A stretch of 64,000 bases of DNA from Podarcis liolepis (Eukaryota), in NCBI GenBank assembly GCA_965112155.1, contig OZ218098.1; one strand, 5' to 3'. The notes beneath the pieces were generated by a model that worked only from the letters and a program-made list of their open reading frames with translations, ran no database searches and was not told the origin of the DNA. Positions 12,959 to 25,489 of this stretch are shown in pieces; position 1 is the first letter of the stretch, and each line of letters begins with the position of its first letter. The position numbers and the translations under genes are program-made.

Positions 12959-13415
12959 TCTTTATTGTCATTGCCCCCTCTCGGGGACAACGAAATTACT
13001 TGGCTGCTCCATCCACCCAGGTAGGGCACTCCACACAAAATCAAAACAACTATAAAAACACTAATTAAAACAATACAGTATAGTACAGCAAGGAAGATTA
13101 GATGACTTTCAAAGTCCAGGCTTCCCATTCAGGGCCGAGATCGCTCTGGAGAAGAAGCTGTTCTTAAGACAGTTTGAAAGCACCTCAAAGTGCAAGTAGA
13201 TAAATAGGCGCAGCTCTGGCAGGAAGGTAAACGGCATTTCCGTGCGCTGCTCTGGTTTTGCCAGAAGCGGCTTAGTCTTCTGGTCACATGACCCAGAAAA
13301 AAACTGTCTGCATACAAACGTCAGCTCCCTCAGGCAGTAAAGCGAGATGAGCGCCACAACCCCAGAGTCGCGCACGACTGGACTTAACTGTCAGGGGTCC
13401 TTTACCTTTACCTTT
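12788..13415 (+). mobile_element. Sauria SINE (different subfamily) interrupted by a LINE 3' fragment
   Basis: Head at 12788-12915 and body/tail at 13170-13415 join into a complete SINE with an ACCTTT tail. Confidence 0.92.
12916..13169 (-). mobile_element. 5'-truncated Rex1/Babar-like LINE 3' end nested in the SINE
   Basis: Encodes LKNSFFSRAISALNGKPGL-stop, resembling the Rex1/Babar C-terminal motif RLxNSFFPxAIxxLN. Has a 3' UTR and a pure (ATT)14 tail. TSD CAGTTT at 12910-15 and 13170-75. Confidence 0.75.
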
Positions 13416-16400
13416 TAGTACAGTCTTTGCCCTGCCTCATGTGGCCTCCCACTCTTCCCAGTTGTGCTGCACATCACCATTTCTCTCTTTATTTTTTTAT
13501 TTTTTCCCCCTCTCTCTTTAAACAGGTATGATGTGCTCTCCAAATTTGTGTGGATCATTTGTTTTTCCAGTATTACATTTCCCCTCTCTTGTGTTCATCC
13601 TTGTCCTATTCTTACTAGCAGAGTTTGTTTTATTTGGTATGTTTGTTTTTTTAAAAAATGCTAGGCCTCTGGCCATCTTAGACTGGGAGAGGAAAACTTT
13701 TCCTATGAAGGGCAATTGACCTATGGAAAATGTTAATTGTGGGGTCTGCAGCCAGTGGTGGGTGCAGTTTACAACATTGCAGGATTGTGTGACTTTTTAT
13801 TTATATGTTCTACCTTATCCCATCTCTCTCTCTCTCTCTCTTACACACACACACAAATGAAACAGAAGTGAATTCCAGTGGGGCTGGGTGGAGTGCAAGC
13901 ATAGCTCCCAAAGTGTCTGCAGAGCCAGATGAACTGCATCCAGCCCTCTGACCACAGGTTTCTTCACCCCGGGTTTGGAGTCTAGACACTTTGCTAACTT
14001 TTCTGTTAGCACCGGTGGCAAAGCAGCTGCTTTATGATCCTATCACAAGGTTCTTCTCCCTGTGATCATTGTGAACCTCTGCCTGTTAATATCTGGCCTG
14101 CTTAAATGCAATGCCATGTAGTACTTTTAAAACTCCATTTAGGAGGCCCACAATGTCACTTGTGATTGAAACACATATAACAACTAACATCTCAGCTTGT
14201 AAAAGCCTAAGCCAAGGGAAAGCTTGGAGCATCTGGATTCCCTGTAAAGGCAGCTGCATCAGATGATTCAGTGGGCAAGGCAATTTTATTCCTCTCCCTG
14301 CTGTATCTGCAATTAAAAGATAAGTAGGCAATGTTACCCGAAAGAGGCTTGGTTGCCTCCTCCTCCTCATGTCACTGATGTCACAGCACACTGTAATTGA
14401 CCAAATATGCTGAGAATTTTTGCCCGGGTTGGGAGGGGGAGAGATGAGACTGGTGTGGGTGGTCATTTGCTACCCTTTGCTATGGCATTAAAAATAAGTT
14501 TGCAGCCATGTTCCATGGAGGTATGCCTTCCCTGTTCTGAAAATACCAATTGACTCATTTGCTTGCAGCAGTGTGTTATAGTAGATCCAAGCATCCTTTC
14601 CACAAGCTTAAACATGTAGCAGGAAGCTATCCCGTAGTCCATGTCCCCTACCCCACTCCTCTGCAGCACTAGCCTTTAGGACCTGAGTGGGATGCTTAAA
14701 AGACTAAGAAAAGACTGAATCAAGTGAGCTACTTGGGGACTATGTCTGAGGAGTTAGTGAAGCAAGTTGTTAATCAGAAGAGCATTTGGATGTTATGTAA
14801 ATTACCAGAAGGTGGCCCTAAAGCTTTATGTTAAGAGTTCAAAAGAATTTTCATAGTGTAATTTATGTTCCTTCAACTCCTCATTCAGCAGAGTGAACTG
14901 AATACAAATTACTTCTTAGGTTTTATGAGATGTTTCAAGCAAAGCTTACCAAAGTTAACTAAACTACCTCCTAACAGGCATGGTAAAAAACTGAACCAAA
15001 ATACAGACATGTGACACAGCGAACATCCCAAAAAAGTAGGCCAAGTTGTGTGAGTAAAGTAATACCATAATTTCTCAGGGCACCATTTGAAGAAAATGCA
15101 ATGAAATTAAAGAACTGCAAGAAAACTCAAGGAGTTGAAACAGGAGTGTGGCATTCAGTTAAGGGAATATCTGTAAAATAAATATATTTTTGACTCCAGC
15201 AGCAATCACCACCATAACTTATGCATCCTCATCACATTTGAATCAGTTGGGTTCTTTGTTTAATATGTCCCCTGAATTTCTTTTTATGGACATGAGAATG
15301 TCCGTAAAAAATAAAATAAGAAAGCAAGAAAATGCAACCAGTTAAAATCAGTAAGACTAATTTGCATGTAGTTGATTTAAATGGGGCTAAAGCATGACTA
15401 CCTTTGCTTGGCATTAGACTGCCACATTTTGCTAATTGTGAAGTGTACATTCTAGGATATTAATCTGATAGTGTTACTTTTTCAATAAAACCATAGTTTA
15501 GTTTGCTAAAGTGCTAGTTCTAATACTCTCATTGAAACAGCAACAGATATTGAAATTTCAGGGCAGAGAACTCTCACCATTGTTAAGTTTCCCAATGAAA
15601 GGATAAGCTTTGATCAGTCTAATGATATGCATATACATTTAGTAGTTTGCATGATATGTGGAAGCATCTTGGCATATTTTTCCATGTAGATTACCAACAA
15701 TCAATTCATTAAAGAAAAGAAAGAGCTTTGAGGCAGTTATTGAATTTGTGATGGGGGGGGGGGAGCAGCAGAGCAGGTTCTCATAAACTTCCACCTTTTA
15801 AACTTAAGAACTGTAAATTTATCAGATATATTTCTGAAGTGCCTTTTCAATGAGGGCCTAAACTAATAGACTTAAGATTTAATCATTACACTTCAGAGAA
15901 ATAATAAATAGATACCGAAACAACTGTAGCTTTTAACATGTTCCTTTTATGTTCTGCTTTGTACAAAAACTTCATTATTAATGTTAGTAATGGTATGGCT
16001 GCATTGTACTTACTAACAATTCTAGACAAAATGTAGCTTTGAAAGATAATGATCACATAAGGATTTTCCCTGGGTTAAATGTATGAAATGTTGTTAATAC
16101 TTCCTTTAACACGATTCTACAGAATTGTACAAAAATTACTTGCAAACTAAAACTCTGCTGAGTAGATTAATAGTATTTTAGCAACATGGGAATTGCTTTA
16201 GTTTTTTTGTTTTTTGTTTTACCTTATCTGCCTGTCTCGTCTGCTTTCTTCCTACCTCTCCTTTGACTTTCTAATTTAAAAGAAACGCAAAATAAATACA
16301 GTACCGCTGCACTGCCTCCCATGAAGTAACAAAACCTAGTTGAAAGCCACCCATTGCTACTACACCCTAAGCAGATATCTGTTGGATGCCAAGGTAATCC

Positions 16401-17033
16401 CTATGCATTAGATGGTTACATATTTACTTTTATTATGGTTAGGCAAATGCGGATCTTTTTTGAAAACTTATATAGCTGAAGGGTTAAAGGACTGACATTC
16501 ATATTCCTGCTGATACTCAGAATCAAACCCATTATGCCAATATTTCATGACAATGGTACATGAATACTTCTGGTCATGACCTACATAAGAAGTTTATTTT
16601 ATTTAAAATTGTGTGATGGAGTCACGGAAGTCACATGAAGGAACTCTCTTTTGGCTGAAAATTGTAAAATGGGAAGCAGCCATTATGACCGTGTGATTTC
16701 TGCAAGTTATCTGTTTAGGTTTCCACTTGCCACTTATTCTTCAGTGTTGGTCAGTATATTTTGGGATTGTGTTAAGGCTGCATGTCAGGCATGCATTGTG
16801 GCTTCACTGTGCATCAATGCTTAACTTTTGAGTTTGGTGGACTCCATAAAATTTTATTTCTTACATCCTTGTTTCTGATAACACATTGGAAGTGCTGTGA
16901 ATGATGGCAAGTATTCCACCACGACCCCCTTATTAGACACGGTAGTTTCATTGGTGATGGTGGTAACACAGGAATGAATTCAATGGGATGGGAAGTGAAA
17001 CTGCTGGTGTGAACTGAACTGAGGGGAAGGGAA

Positions 17034-17214
17034 GGGCCATGGCTTAGTACGGTGTGCATGCAGAGGGTCCCATGTGCAATTCCTGGCATCTTCAGGTAGG
17101 GCCGGGAATGTCCTCCCTCTGAAACCCGGAAGGGGGTGGGGGCTACTGCCTGCAGACAGTACTGAGTTAGCTGGACCAGTTGACTCAGTATAAAGCAGCT
17201 GCCTTTGTTCCTAT
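17034..17214 (+). mobile_element. Squam2-like SINE (degraded)
   Basis: GCATGCAGAGGGTCCC...GGCATCTTCAGGTAGGGC...TGACTCAGTATAAAGCAGCT...GTTCCTA, colinear with the other copies. Confidence 0.75.
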
Positions 17215-20200
17215 GACACAGTGGAGATATCACTGGGTTTTTTTTACTTACCACTAGTGATGTAAGACTGTTTGGAAATGGAAACTCTTGTCTGCATACC
17301 ACAGCAGTTACCCTGCCAACAGTACTCAATCTAGTAATGTATGCTTACAACTTTTCCCATGGTGATAAATGTATGATTCACTGGGGGCGCTGCAAATACC
17401 TTCGTGCCCCAAGGGAAGGCAGAAGCAAGGGAGCCCAGGCCAGGGACTGCATGTTGCATCGACTCCCAGCTGACATAGGAGGATTCTGTCTGTCTTGGTT
17501 TTATAGAATGTATTTGTTTTAGGGTTTAATTTTAAACTGCCTTGGGTGCCTTGACAGAGAGGAAGCATATAAAACAAACAAATAATGATGATAGTGAATC
17601 ATTATTACCTAACATTTTACTTGATGGTTTTGTGTTTGGATGGGAAACCACATCAGGACCTTCTTTCAAACACTAGCATGTTTAAGTATATTATAACTTT
17701 GTGAAATACTCATTGGGAATCATATTAAAATCATTATCATCTTAGTTGAAACCATAGTTTAAACCATGCATCTACAATATGGCAAATGTACCATACTAAT
17801 GCCAGCACTAGGTGTGGGCAGGTGAACTATAAAACAGTTGTATGCTTGGGGTGTTAACAAATCCTTAATAGAGTCATGTCATTGCATTTTCCTTTCTGCA
17901 ATAGTAGGCCAGATTGCATATATATATAGAGAGAGTGAGTTTTGTAGCAATAAAATTGAACCACAGGTTTTCTACATTATGAAGTACTGTCCTTGTACAT
18001 ACCATTTTTCCTTCTAGCCCCCAATCCCCACTTCCTCCATGCATGCAAAAAATTGGAATTAAAACTTGTGAATAGAGAAATGTGCCATATATTTTTTTCC
18101 ACGTAAATAAAACTTGAAAGTGATTTTAGGTATGACAGCATATATTATAATTTTATACATAGGTATTAGAGAATACAAAACACATTCCACTGTAAACTTT
18201 AAAGAATATTTAATAAGTTTTTAAAAAATAATGTATAGCTTTCCCCCCTTCCTATGAGGTGCATGAAAATATACCATTCCTTTTTGTTGCAGCAAGACTA
18301 TCCAAGAAACCCAAGGAAAGCTACAATGATCAGGAACAGGTAACACTGGAAAGAATTTATATTCAAAATGGAACCTGAAATGAAATAAAGCTACATACGA
18401 GTTGAAAATGTTTTGCAAAATGGAGGGCAACATTTACAAAAGTGTTGGGTGTAGGCTCCAATGAGCTCAAATCTCTCACATCATCAATAGGACACATGGG
18501 CCTCTTTGCACATTACATTTTCAGGTATCCACCTGAGATATTTTAAGTGCACATCTAAAAAATGCAAAAACAGGGGTTGCTGTAATTTTCTGGGCTATAC
18601 CAGACTAGGAGTCACATGCATCTTTTTCCTGCCTCCCCACCCCACTCCCCTTTTTTAAAAAAGCAAAGGAGCCTCAAGAGACTATGAGTTTGAATGGAAG
18701 AATAGCTGGGAGGAGGGGGGTCTTCCTCAAGCAGCTTTCTTCTGCTTGGTCTTGGCTCTTCAAGGTGCTTTTCTTTCCATAATAGTAATACCATAGTTTT
18801 GTCTGTGAGACAAAGAGCAGGTGAGGAACGGCAATTTTGAGAGAAACAAAATGACTGGGGAGGAAAGGGTTAACAGATCCTTTCCCTCCTCTATCCCACT
18901 GTTTCTCTGCTGTTCTTTCTTTTTAAGGTAGGGGAAAATGCATGCGCCATTGTTTGATGTCTAGCCTAGACGTTTTGCCAGTGTATGCTCAAGATTCAAA
19001 CTCGGCTCTGCCCCACTTGTTTTGCAAAATGGCCTTCAAGTGTCTAAGGTTGCTCCTCTGCCCTGTTACTTGGGAGTAAGCCCCCCCCCCCTTCATTTTT
19101 GTGTCATAGTTAGAGCACAACCTTGTGAACCAAGGGTGACAGCAGTACTTTTTTCACCTGCAGAATCCTGTCCTGTTATATACAGAAAGCTTTAACCGCA
19201 ACAGGCCTCTGCCCGAGAACCTCTGAGACAACATTGCACTATCTTCCTAATAAGCCTCTTCCTATTTATAAGGTGCATATCCATCCATAGCATGTATGGC
19301 AAATTCACTTTTGTTGCTGTGGCCAAACAGCAGTACAATTAAAAGAAAAGATGAAATAAGTGTCATAGATCTATTTATAGATCAGCAATCGATCAGTAAT
19401 TCTGTGTGGTAGGGTACTCCTTCTCCCCCCCGCCCCCCGGACAGTTAACAAAACTGGGCAGCTATCAATAGTTATTTTTACAGTATATTTAAATCACACA
19501 CTGCATCAGGTATATTCATAGTAGACACAAGACAACACAGTCCCAACAAATGATAGGCGGAAATGTAAACCCACATCCTAATTTGCATTGACTTTGATAG
19601 GATTACAATAAGGCCTTGGGCCATAAACAGGAAATGAAGCACCAAGGACCCAAACCCATATATTTAGGGGCAGGCTCAACACCTGAACCCTAAATGGCTT
19701 TGGTCATGTTGTACATTTAAAAGCCCTGTGCTTATCATGACATAGAAAAACCGCGGCACTGGCTTCTTTCATGCTGCTCTGAATGCGTGCCTGGCTAACA
19801 AACTAGTTGTGTGGGGCATGTGCACAGGGAAAGTTGTTAAAAAATCTTTTGTGGGTGTTGCTTATTGTGGATTCAGGAGCAAGGGAGTGGCTTAGTCAGA
19901 AGTGAACTCCTTTTCCTCATCTCAAAAAAATGGAGGACTAGAGTGGCTGGCTAATAGAACACAGCAGGTGAGAGATTACGGCAAGAGTTGGTTGCAGGAT
20001 GTGTAAGCTGTAGCTTAGCTGCAGATTCCTCCCTTTGATGGCTGGTGTTGGATGAAATCCTTTCCCCTCGGACTGCATTGTTTCTGGCATTACATGCAGC
20101 CGCTGTTTGCCTTAGCACCAAGGTTGGCAGTGTTGTGTCCAGAAAGCTGCTTCTAAACAGATGATTTCACAACTGGGCTCAACCTTCAACTGGACAGTTT

Positions 20201-22244
20201 TAGTTCCTTTGGTTTTAAAGTGGCATGGGTTTGCATGCTCTGAAACATCTCTCATCAGCAGCTTGGAAACAAGTCCATTGGTTGCACACAATATGACAAG
20301 GATGCGTGCATTTGTAACTCTGACTTCTCTATTCATTTCATAAGGCCTAGCAGAGGACCCCTTTAAGCCTTATACCGAAGGGCATCAGAATCCACTCTGG
20401 ACAAGATAATGAGTTTTGCTGACAGATCGCTGCTGCTTAAATGTAGCACGGCCCTATGGATATTGCTGTTTGCGTGGTTTGTTGCTGGTAGAGAAATGGC
20501 AATCCCTGCATCTCTGTGATAGATGGCAAGGGTTCACTGGAAAGAGCAGCAGGGCTGCTCATCTAAATTTCCACACGGCACACTGGTACTGCAGCATCCA
20601 TTCAGCAGAACTGCAGTTTCCAGAGAGAGCACCAAAAATGTAACTTTTTTTTCTCCCCCCGCAATAGTAGTTCCCTCCTCTTTGGAGGCAATACTACGAA
20701 AGGATTAATTTAAGACCTCTTGTGGGAACATCCTGTCCCACTCACCTCTACAGCACAACTTCTGTGCTTTTATCCGCTGAGCCACCAGGACTGCTGTGTT
20801 AATTTTTAATGATGGGGACCTCCATAAATAGATTTCATCTGTCTTTAATCTTTTTGGAACCAATGTTTTATTAATGTATTCCATCACTCCATTATTCTGC
20901 AAATCCACAAGCTATCAATAAGCATGCTTGTGAATACAACAGCGGTAATGAACCATGACAACAACTAACAGCACGGGAACTCCCAAGTTGCAATCTGTTC
21001 ATATGTAAGAAAAAGGTGGGGAAAGGAAGCAGATGCCAGAGAGAGAGATGCTATTGCTTGAGGACATCATTATTAAAAGCTTGCACAAGTTACACTAAGG
21101 ATGAGGGGTAGTGAGAACGATTCGGATGCATGGTGGGAAATTTACTTCCTAGTTTTTATTGTACACTTTGTTTGTTTCCCATAGCTGCCTGCTTCTCAAC
21201 TTGCCTCTGGTTCTTTGCTCATATGGCAGGATATACTTTCATCTTTGATGCAAAAGATTGTAGACCATGGGCCCTTAAACCCACACCTGCAGTTCATGTA
21301 TAATTGTGCTATAGCCTAACTGTGATGTCAGCAATGGCTGAAGGCTCTAGACTCTCTCAATATTGCCGTTATGTTTCCAGATCTTCACAAAATGTCATAG
21401 TTCTTGGGTGGGTGCTGAGACTACATGCTTCCCCCCTCCCAAATCTTTTGTGGTGTCCAAGACTCTTAGTAGAAGGCAACCTTTCTATGTTCCTGAGTCA
21501 GACCATTGACCCATCTAGTGCACTACTGTCTATTGATTGGTGGGAGCTCTCCAGAATTCAGATGGGTTTCTGCGAGTCCTACCTGTGATACATAAACTCT
21601 TGACTGTTAACACCCAATGGCATATTTAGCTTTTTATATTTTATTAACTCTACTGAGTGACTCTTTGCAGCCAAAGAGTTGCTCAAAAGGAAAGATTTAA
21701 AGCTATGATATCACTTGAGCTTAACTCATCTGATGAGGTTTTCCAAATTTATAAATAGTGGGAATTAATCTGCATATTCCTATATACTCCAATCCAGGAC
21801 TGCATATTAACAGGCAGAATGGCAAGCACAAAGGAGCAGCTGAATCTGAAGGTGGGGAGAATGGGAAGGGCAGGTTAACTCCCCTCAGCTGTTCAAGAGG
21901 GAGAAAATCAGGAAGGGTAACTGTACGTATAATGGCTCCCTAGCTTGTAAAAATAGGGTTTACATGCTGGCTTTGTTGTGGGACTAGAGCAGACATAGTA
22001 CGAACTAACTATTAGGGTTGGAGCAAACTCTGATTTACTAGCACAGTGTTTCTCTTGATGCTTGCTTACATACTAAAATGCTTGTGTCATGTGTTAATAT
22101 GTTCTTTTTAATGACCAGCTGAACTGATCACTATCTTTTTTTGCTCACAGATTACACACTGCAGTTTGCCAGCATAGAGAGGACCTGACATTCCACACTA
22201 GCACCTAGGTCTGCATGTTTGCTGGTAAGAAGGTAAGAGAATAT

Positions 22245-22692
22245 TGTTATGAGTTTGAGAGGATGGAGAAAGAAAGTAGGCTCTATGCGAGATCCTTCAA
22301 CCCCCTGGATCCAGGCTAGCGTCCCATGTTGAGGTGCTCGCCTAGGTGATGGACCGTTAAGAGGTGTGCAAGATGACAAATAGATGAAGCGCCTCTCTCA
22401 GCTCACTGTTAGTTAGAAGGACAAAGCCAGAGTTTAGAGTTAAAAGTGGGAGTGATATGACCTAGAAGTGAAGCAGCAAGCTGCAGAAAGAGGGAGAGCA
22501 ATGTTTCAATCCAAAGCTGTGGCTATGGGAGAAACATAGACCCTGTTTGGATGTTAATGCTGTGAGCCCCTCCATCATAGGCTCAGGCTACATATATGTG
22601 TTAATAAACCATATATCATAAAGACACCACAGTCTCTGTTGTGCCAGTGCCTGGAATCTTGCAATGCTCAGAGGTTGGGGTGGCGTGCAGCA
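22245..22692 (+). mobile_element. Probable solo LTR
   Basis: TG...CA termini and internal AATAAACCATATATCATAAAGACACCACAG resembling squamate LTR R/U5 sequence. TSD not clear. Confidence 0.5.
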
Positions 22693-23845
22693 AAATTCTG
22701 GCTCTATAGCCTATACTATAACAGGCAAAAGGTTATAGGGATGTACAAGAAGCTTGCAAAAGAAACATGGAAATGCCTATGTAAAGTTTCACCTCTTTTT
22801 TGGCAATTCAAAGCCATTACTAGGGCTACCTATGTTAGCAGGAAAATTATGCAAACGTCCTTACTCTTCCTAGAGATAATTTGATTTAGTTCTTTTAATA
22901 GAGGTACAAGGTCAAAAAACCCAACTCAAACAAGTGTATATTAATGGATTGTTCTGATGCCTGGTAAGCCTATCCTAGTTGAAGATGAAATTAGTAGGGA
23001 GCAAATTAATGAAATGGCATATTAGTGACAAGTCGCTTAAAGCTCTTTGTTGTACTTCAAGCCTGGAAATGAGAAACACAATGTAAGTTGAAACTGGAAT
23101 GACATTTAAAAGAAAATCCAGAGGACAGTGACAGAAAGACAACTCCTTGCTTCTTGTTGTGTTTTCCAATGGCCAAAATGTCCTTTCCAAGAAATAATCA
23201 TCTACTATTTCCTTTTGAATGAATGCATGGTCCCATTGAATATAGAACAGGATAGAACACTTCCCTACTTATTTAGGCAGCTGCTAGACTACTTTTCTTT
23301 AAACTGCTCAGAGTGTATGAATCCATGTATGTTGTATAAATTTTCACACATCATGTGTGTACCACTAGTGATTTAGTCTGCAAGACAGGACCCAATTTCT
23401 GCTTACAGATCACCTACAATGTAGGCCAGGGTAGATCCTGTCTGAGCTGACTTCAGAGGCCACAAAACTGAAACCACTTGCTTAAGTAGAAAAGTTTCCT
23501 AGAGCCATTTCACTCCACGGTAATATCTGGAGTTCAGGAGCATACTTCTTGGATCCGCCACACTGGCGGTTGTTAAAGACAAACTCCAGTTAAATGGAAC
23601 CTCCACATCCTCTGCACTTGCGTTGCTACAACTTGATTCTCTATTTCCACGCAGGAAAACTATTTGCCAGCAGCCTCCAGGAAAATGAAAGCAGCAGCCT
23701 CTTCCCACTTGACAGTCTGTGCAAAAGGGGAACACTTTTTCTTTCTTTCTTGTTATTTAGTAGTTTCCTTTGTCCAAGCAAGTCTGAGTTCCGATGGTGA
23801 CAAACTAAGGTGAGTCACAAAATTTCCAGAGAAGATTATACACAG

Positions 23846-23851
23846 TTTATT
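23846..23851 (-). promoter_or_regulatory. Candidate proximal polyadenylation signal of TSPAN4 (AATAAA)
   Basis: AATAAA about 90 nt after the stop codon, followed by a U/GU-rich tract (TTTTGTG). More distal hexamers (e.g. near 20870) are also possible. Confidence 0.4.
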
Positions 23852-23942
23852 TTACATAGAAAAAAAAGTATGAGCATGAAGAAGAGTCCTCTTTTGTCTT
23901 GTAGAGAGGTGAGCCATGGCTGACAGACGTTGACTATGATTT

Positions 23943-24011
23943 CTATGCACAGTAGGTATCTGCCTTGACAACCTGACAGTACATGGTCATTGCAAATGTC
24001 AGTCCAAGAAT
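23943..24011 (-). CDS. TSPAN4: Tetraspanin-4 last coding exon (69 nt): ILGLTFAMTMYCQVVKADTYCA-stop
   Basis: CAG acceptor at 24012-14 and TAG stop at 23943-45. The C-terminus matches TSPAN4 as recalled and includes the YxxPhi motif YCQV. Confidence 0.96.
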   Translation of the reverse strand: MLGLTFAMTMYCQVVKADTYCA

Positions 24012-24824
24012 CTGTAGGTACAAAAGGCATATCAAGATTAAACGACATGCAACTCAACAGTGGTCTATTACCTATATTTCAATGTGTATCTTTTAGTGTT
24101 GACTCTTGGCACATAATATGTTTAACATGGGGAATACTACGTAGTAACTTAAGAAAAGCTTCCAAGGGCCCTATAAACAATGCCGGTGCCAAACAAAATG
24201 GCATTGCGGAATGTGCTTGGCTTATGGGCACATGAAACACTCCAAAAAGGTAGAGCTATTGATTCTTTTAGGAAGCATTCTTGTCCAAGGGTATGGAGAC
24301 ATATGGCGCTAGACTGCAACTGCCATCATTTACGACTACTGGCTAGGATGAATGGGAGCTAAAGTCCAGCAACATCTGGAGGGTCACAAGTTGCCCCACC
24401 TCCTGTCCTAGGGATTCCAGTGTCCAACAGGGAAAGAGGTGCTGTTCAATGCACTTGCTTGTAAACAAATTAATCTAGAATCATGGTGAGCTAAAAGGAG
24501 ACTGTGGTAACACATAGGCTAACGTAGGGAATGGAATACACAATGACCCAAATTACACAGCACCTGCTCACAAATTCTCCCCACTGACATGAATGGGAGC
24601 TACAGAGCTCATGCCGGAAAAGCAGCATAAACATCATTCATGTTAATAGAAGATAAGCAAACTAACTGCATGTAATTTGCAGAATTAAAGGCTGCCCTTA
24701 AGAGATGTAAGACATTAGTCCTACTCCCGGAAGGAGAACTCCCGGAAGGAGACATTTAAACCCTTCACTGCCCTTGCATGTAGGAACCAACAGAAAGCAC
24801 CCCAGCAATAAGTTAAAATTTTAC

Positions 24825-24908
24825 CTGAACCAAAGCTGTACACAGTCCAAAAATTCCCACAGCTAACAGATTTTCCTGGAGCCATATTTTCACTGTTTCA
24901 TAACAAGG
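24825..24908 (-). CDS. TSPAN4: Tetraspanin-4 coding exon (84 nt): PCYETVKIWLQENLLAVGIFGLCTALVQ
   Basis: Manual translation of the reverse complement (not in the ORF track). Pyrimidine tract plus AAG acceptor, GTAAAA donor. Encodes the last EC2 cysteine and the start of TM4. Confidence 0.96.
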
Positions 24909-25489
24909 CTTTAAAAGAGAGAGAGGGGAGGGAAATAAAGACCACGAGAATGCTTATTTACTGAGAAACATGAATTTTTGGTGTGTGGGGAGTCAAAAGA
25001 CACAAGTAGCAATGACAAGACTGACATTTCAAGATTACGCAGTTTCCTCTATTTCAGCATTCACTGGAAGTGCAATACCCCGGGGGTAGGAGGCTCGCTT
25101 ACAATGAAGTGTGGTGTTAAGGGTTCAAACATTATACATCTGAAGAAGACATGGATGCATGCTGCGTGCAAGATGCAGTAATAAGGAGCAAGTTCTTTCG
25201 AACCCCCGCTTTACCCAATGTGAGTCAAATACCTACATTTCTAAATTCAACTGTAAACCTTTCTACTTCAAGCACAGGCGCAATGGCGGGTTGTGCAAAG
25301 GCAACTATAAGGCAATTACTGCTCAAACAAAAATATTTCCATTGATACAGCAGCTTGTATTGGCTTCATAGTAACTGTACAGAGATAACATTACATTTGG
25401 TGATCCTCTGGCTCTGCTTTTGGTATATCAAACATGAGTGCTAACAGTTGCATAGTAGGGTCTGTTGAGCCAGCACATAAATAAAATAT

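Noticed and set aside
12598-13128. 176-aa ORF with a poly-Ile run
   Set aside because: Artefact of the (AAT)n tail plus antisense SINE sequence.
1-23900. CHID1 terminal exons expected by synteny on the plus strand
   Set aside because: A manual search for IWELGQGLDYFYDLL and VFYPTLK codon patterns found nothing.
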